Below, one piece after another: positions 16,657-18,293 of a DNA stretch of 18,293 nucleotides (positions are counted from its first letter, which is position 1; each line of letters starts with the position of its first letter). A model generated the notes under the pieces. That model saw nothing but the letters and a program-made list of their open reading frames with translations, did not search any database and was not told where the DNA came from. The translations under genes and the position numbers were made by a program. This DNA is from a virus: UHGV virus genome UHGV-0114973, one strand, 5' to 3'.

Positions 16657-16674
16657 TGGGGCACTATGGCCCCA
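16657..16674 (-). other. hairpin between the 273-aa gene and the PolB gene
   Basis: TGGGGC, loop ACTATG, GCCCCA. On the minus strand it is followed by TTTACTTATCAGGGTTTTATT directly before the PolB ATG. May act as an attenuator or processing site. Confidence 0.3.
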
Positions 16675-16715
16675 TGTCTGTTTAAAGCGGTATATCGTCC
16701 CAGTTCCAGTAACTA

Positions 16716-17537
16716 TCAGTAACCGTTACCGTTGAGAAAATTCGGGGCCGGGGTGGTCATTACCATATAACCATTAGCAATCAGTTGTTCATCGTTCCAA
16801 CCTTGCGCAATAAACTGTTCGTAAGTTGCACCACCTGCTTTTTCAGTCATTACTTTTACAGGTGCTGCCGCTGGTGTAGGCGCTGCTACAGGTGCTGCCG
16901 CTGGTGTAGGCGCTGCTACAGGTGCTGCCGCTGGTGTTACGCCGATCGGACGTGCACCTTCAGGCATTGCAGGAGCAGCGCCAAACACAGAGGCAGGAGC
17001 CGGACCGGAAATGATTTCTTCACCCGCATAAAGCAATTGCGCCATTTCCATGTTGATATACACACCAGCCTGGTTACCTGTACGACCGTTTGCAACAGAT
17101 GATCCGCTGATACGGTAGTAATAACCTTTTTTCGCCAGATTTTTATCAATAACTGGCTGGTACGCTGCGTTATAAACCGGACACGCGTCAATAGCCACGT
17201 TGCGTGAGAAACCAATTACCCAGTGACCAGCATAACCAGTTTTACTCGCATGTTTCGGATCATCACCGTTAATAATTTTCCATGCGAAAGTAGGTTGTTG
17301 TGGTTCGCCGTTCACATAGTGTGAGTTCGCCGCTCGCATAATCGCCTGGAATACCGCACCCAGTTCACCTTGTTCTTCCCACCAGTTCGCCGCTGTTTTA
17401 GGAAACGCCAGACCAACCCACCAGTTGTGTTTTTCAGGTGCTAACGGTTTATTTTCGTGGTCATGAGTGTTGATATCGAAAAAAGAACCGCCAACCAGAC
17501 GACCAACCGGAGTTACAAAAGATTCTTTCTGTGCCAT
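16716..17537 (-). CDS. replication-associated protein with a PA-rich repeat linker; possibly an ssDNA-binding protein
   Basis: 273 aa with AGAAGG ribosome-binding site 8 nt upstream. The N-terminus MAQKESFVTPVG loosely resembles the start of T7 gp2.5-type SSBs, which is weak evidence. Three tandem PAAAPVAAPT units form a linker before a short C-terminal domain. Sits directly upstream of PolB in the same operon. Confidence 0.45.
   Translation of the reverse strand: MAQKESFVTPVGRLVGGSFFDINTHDHENKPLAPEKHNWWVGLAFPKTAANWWEEQGELGAVFQAIMRAANSHYVNGEPQQPTFAWKIINGDDPKHASKTGYAGHWVIGFSRNVAIDACPVYNAAYQPVIDKNLAKKGYYYRISGSSVANGRTGNQAGVYINMEMAQLLYAGEEIISGPAPASVFGAAPAMPEGARPIGVTPAAAPVAAPTPAAAPVAAPTPAAAPVKVMTEKAGGATYEQFIAQGWNDEQLIANGYMVMTTPAPNFLNGNGY
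16861..16937. repeat. 30-bp tandem repeat, about 2.6 copies
   Basis: GGTGCTGCCGCTGGTGTAGGCGCTGCTACA occurs at 16861-16890 and 16891-16920, with a partial third copy at 16921-16937. It lies inside the 273-aa gene and encodes the PAAAPVAAPT repeats. Confidence 0.9.
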
Positions 17538-17552
17538 GTTATTAACCTTCTT

Positions 17553-18293
17553 TTAAAGTGGACGTGCGCCAGTCGGCATCGTCACGGGTTTATTAAAAAC
17601 AGATTCTGCCAGTGTGCTGTGACCTTTACGCGGGTCACTGTCAGGTACTAAAACTGGCTGACCTTCTGGTTTTGTCGTACACATGTCAACAAGTGCCGGA
17701 GGCAGTGATTTTTCCAGTGTTGACAATGGTTTTAATTTACGTTCGTACAATGTTTCAGGGTTTACACCAAACATTGGTGCAGCACCGATCAGTTTTCCTT
17801 CGTCCGTAAGCTGACGTCGGGTTTGTTTTGTTGCAAGTTTAAAACCCGGTAAAGCCTTACCCATGCGAACAAAATGTAATCCCTGAGTATGTAACGCTGT
17901 TTTTGCTTCAGAAGAACGCGTATACAGTTCTTCAAGAAGTGCCAGACGACGCGCTACTTCTTCTGGCGTAAGTGATGGTGGTGCGTCAAGAACAGTAGCC
18001 AATTCTAAAACCCTCTCATACATTGCCGGACACATACCACGCGCCGGACAGTAATGACAATGACTACCAACATTTAACGGTGCGTCTGGTTTATGTGCTT
18101 CGTTAAACCCGTGTTTAAATCGTTCAGCCCATTCCATCAATGTTGCCCGGTTAAACTCCCATCGTCTTACAGGTCCGAGTGGGTGATAAGCCCGTGGCTG
18201 AACAATTGTGAACACAACGCGCTTAACGGTGTCGATGCAACGTTGGTCCAGTGCATAATAGACCCCCTGTGAGTTATCAACTGCTTCAACTGC
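17553..18293 (-). CDS. Cas4/RecB-like PD-(D/E)XK nuclease candidate, partial (N-terminus beyond the window)
   Basis: The minus-strand frame stays open to the window edge. Contains the cluster C-H-Y-C-P-A-R-G-M-C (C-x2-C-x5-C), as in Fe-S-bearing RecB-family nucleases, followed by a C-terminal extension of about 150 aa. The nuclease core motifs would lie upstream and were not seen. Confidence 0.45.
   Translation of the reverse strand, partial: AVEAVDNSQGVYYALDQRCIDTVKRVVFTIVQPRAYHPLGPVRRWEFNRATLMEWAERFKHGFNEAHKPDAPLNVGSHCHYCPARGMCPAMYERVLELATVLDAPPSLTPEEVARRLALLEELYTRSSEAKTALHTQGLHFVRMGKALPGFKLATKQTRRQLTDEGKLIGAAPMFGVNPETLYERKLKPLSTLEKSLPPALVDMCTTKPEGQPVLVPDSDPRKGHSTLAESVFNKPVTMPTGARPL

Noticed and set aside
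16861-16937. Possible CRISPR array suggested by the repeated 30-bp units
   Set aside because: The units are directly contiguous with no spacers, sit in-frame inside a coding sequence and number fewer than three. This is a coding tandem repeat.
16785-17215. Cys/Arg-rich ORF 16785..17102 (plus strand) and ORF 16937..17215 (minus strand)
   Set aside because: They are alternative-frame readings of the 30-bp tandem repeat and its flanks inside the 273-aa gene, so they are repeat artefacts.
16716-17537. Terminal protein for protein-primed replication, upstream of the polymerase as in phi29
   Set aside because: The polymerase shows no TPR-like insertions, and nothing in the 273-aa sequence identifies a terminal protein. 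The idea is untestable without the genome ends, so it is kept only as a remote possibility.
1-18293. tRNA genes, integrase or attachment site, toxin-antitoxin pairs
   Set aside because: No cloverleaf-compatible segments were evident by eye in the few non-coding stretches and no recombinase-like ORF is present. A tRNAscan-SE run would be needed to exclude tRNAs formally.

Overview
This window reads as a contiguous piece of a tailed, probably virulent siphovirus-type phage of an enterobacterial host. All calls rest on reading the supplied ORF translations and the DNA by eye; no database search was run. From left to right it holds: (1) a plus-strand tail module: major tail protein, a G/GT-type chaperone pair with a -1 slippery site, a 971-aa tape measure protein, three short translationally coupled tail proteins (one NlpC/P60-like) and an 843-aa J-like tip protein; (2) a 5'-truncated ssb remnant with an in-frame amber codon, related to enterobacterial/plasmid SSB; (3) a convergent minus-strand tailspike with a pectate-lyase-type beta-helix signature; (4) a plus-strand lysis cassette: M15-type endolysin, two small membrane proteins and an overlapped i-/o-spanin pair; (5) a long minus-strand operon: 77-aa ORF, Dam-like N6-adenine methyltransferase, nucleoside 2-deoxyribosyltransferase-like protein, a strongly acidic 111-aa protein, a 178-aa unknown, a compact family-B DNA polymerase, a 273-aa protein with a proline/alanine-rich tandem repeat, and a partial Cas4/RecB-like nuclease. 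The best candidates for something undescribed are the compact PolB with its neighbours, the overlapping small-gene cassette between PolB and the lysis genes, and an antisense small gene with its own promoter inside the tail operon. No tRNA, CRISPR array, integrase or attachment site was recognised.
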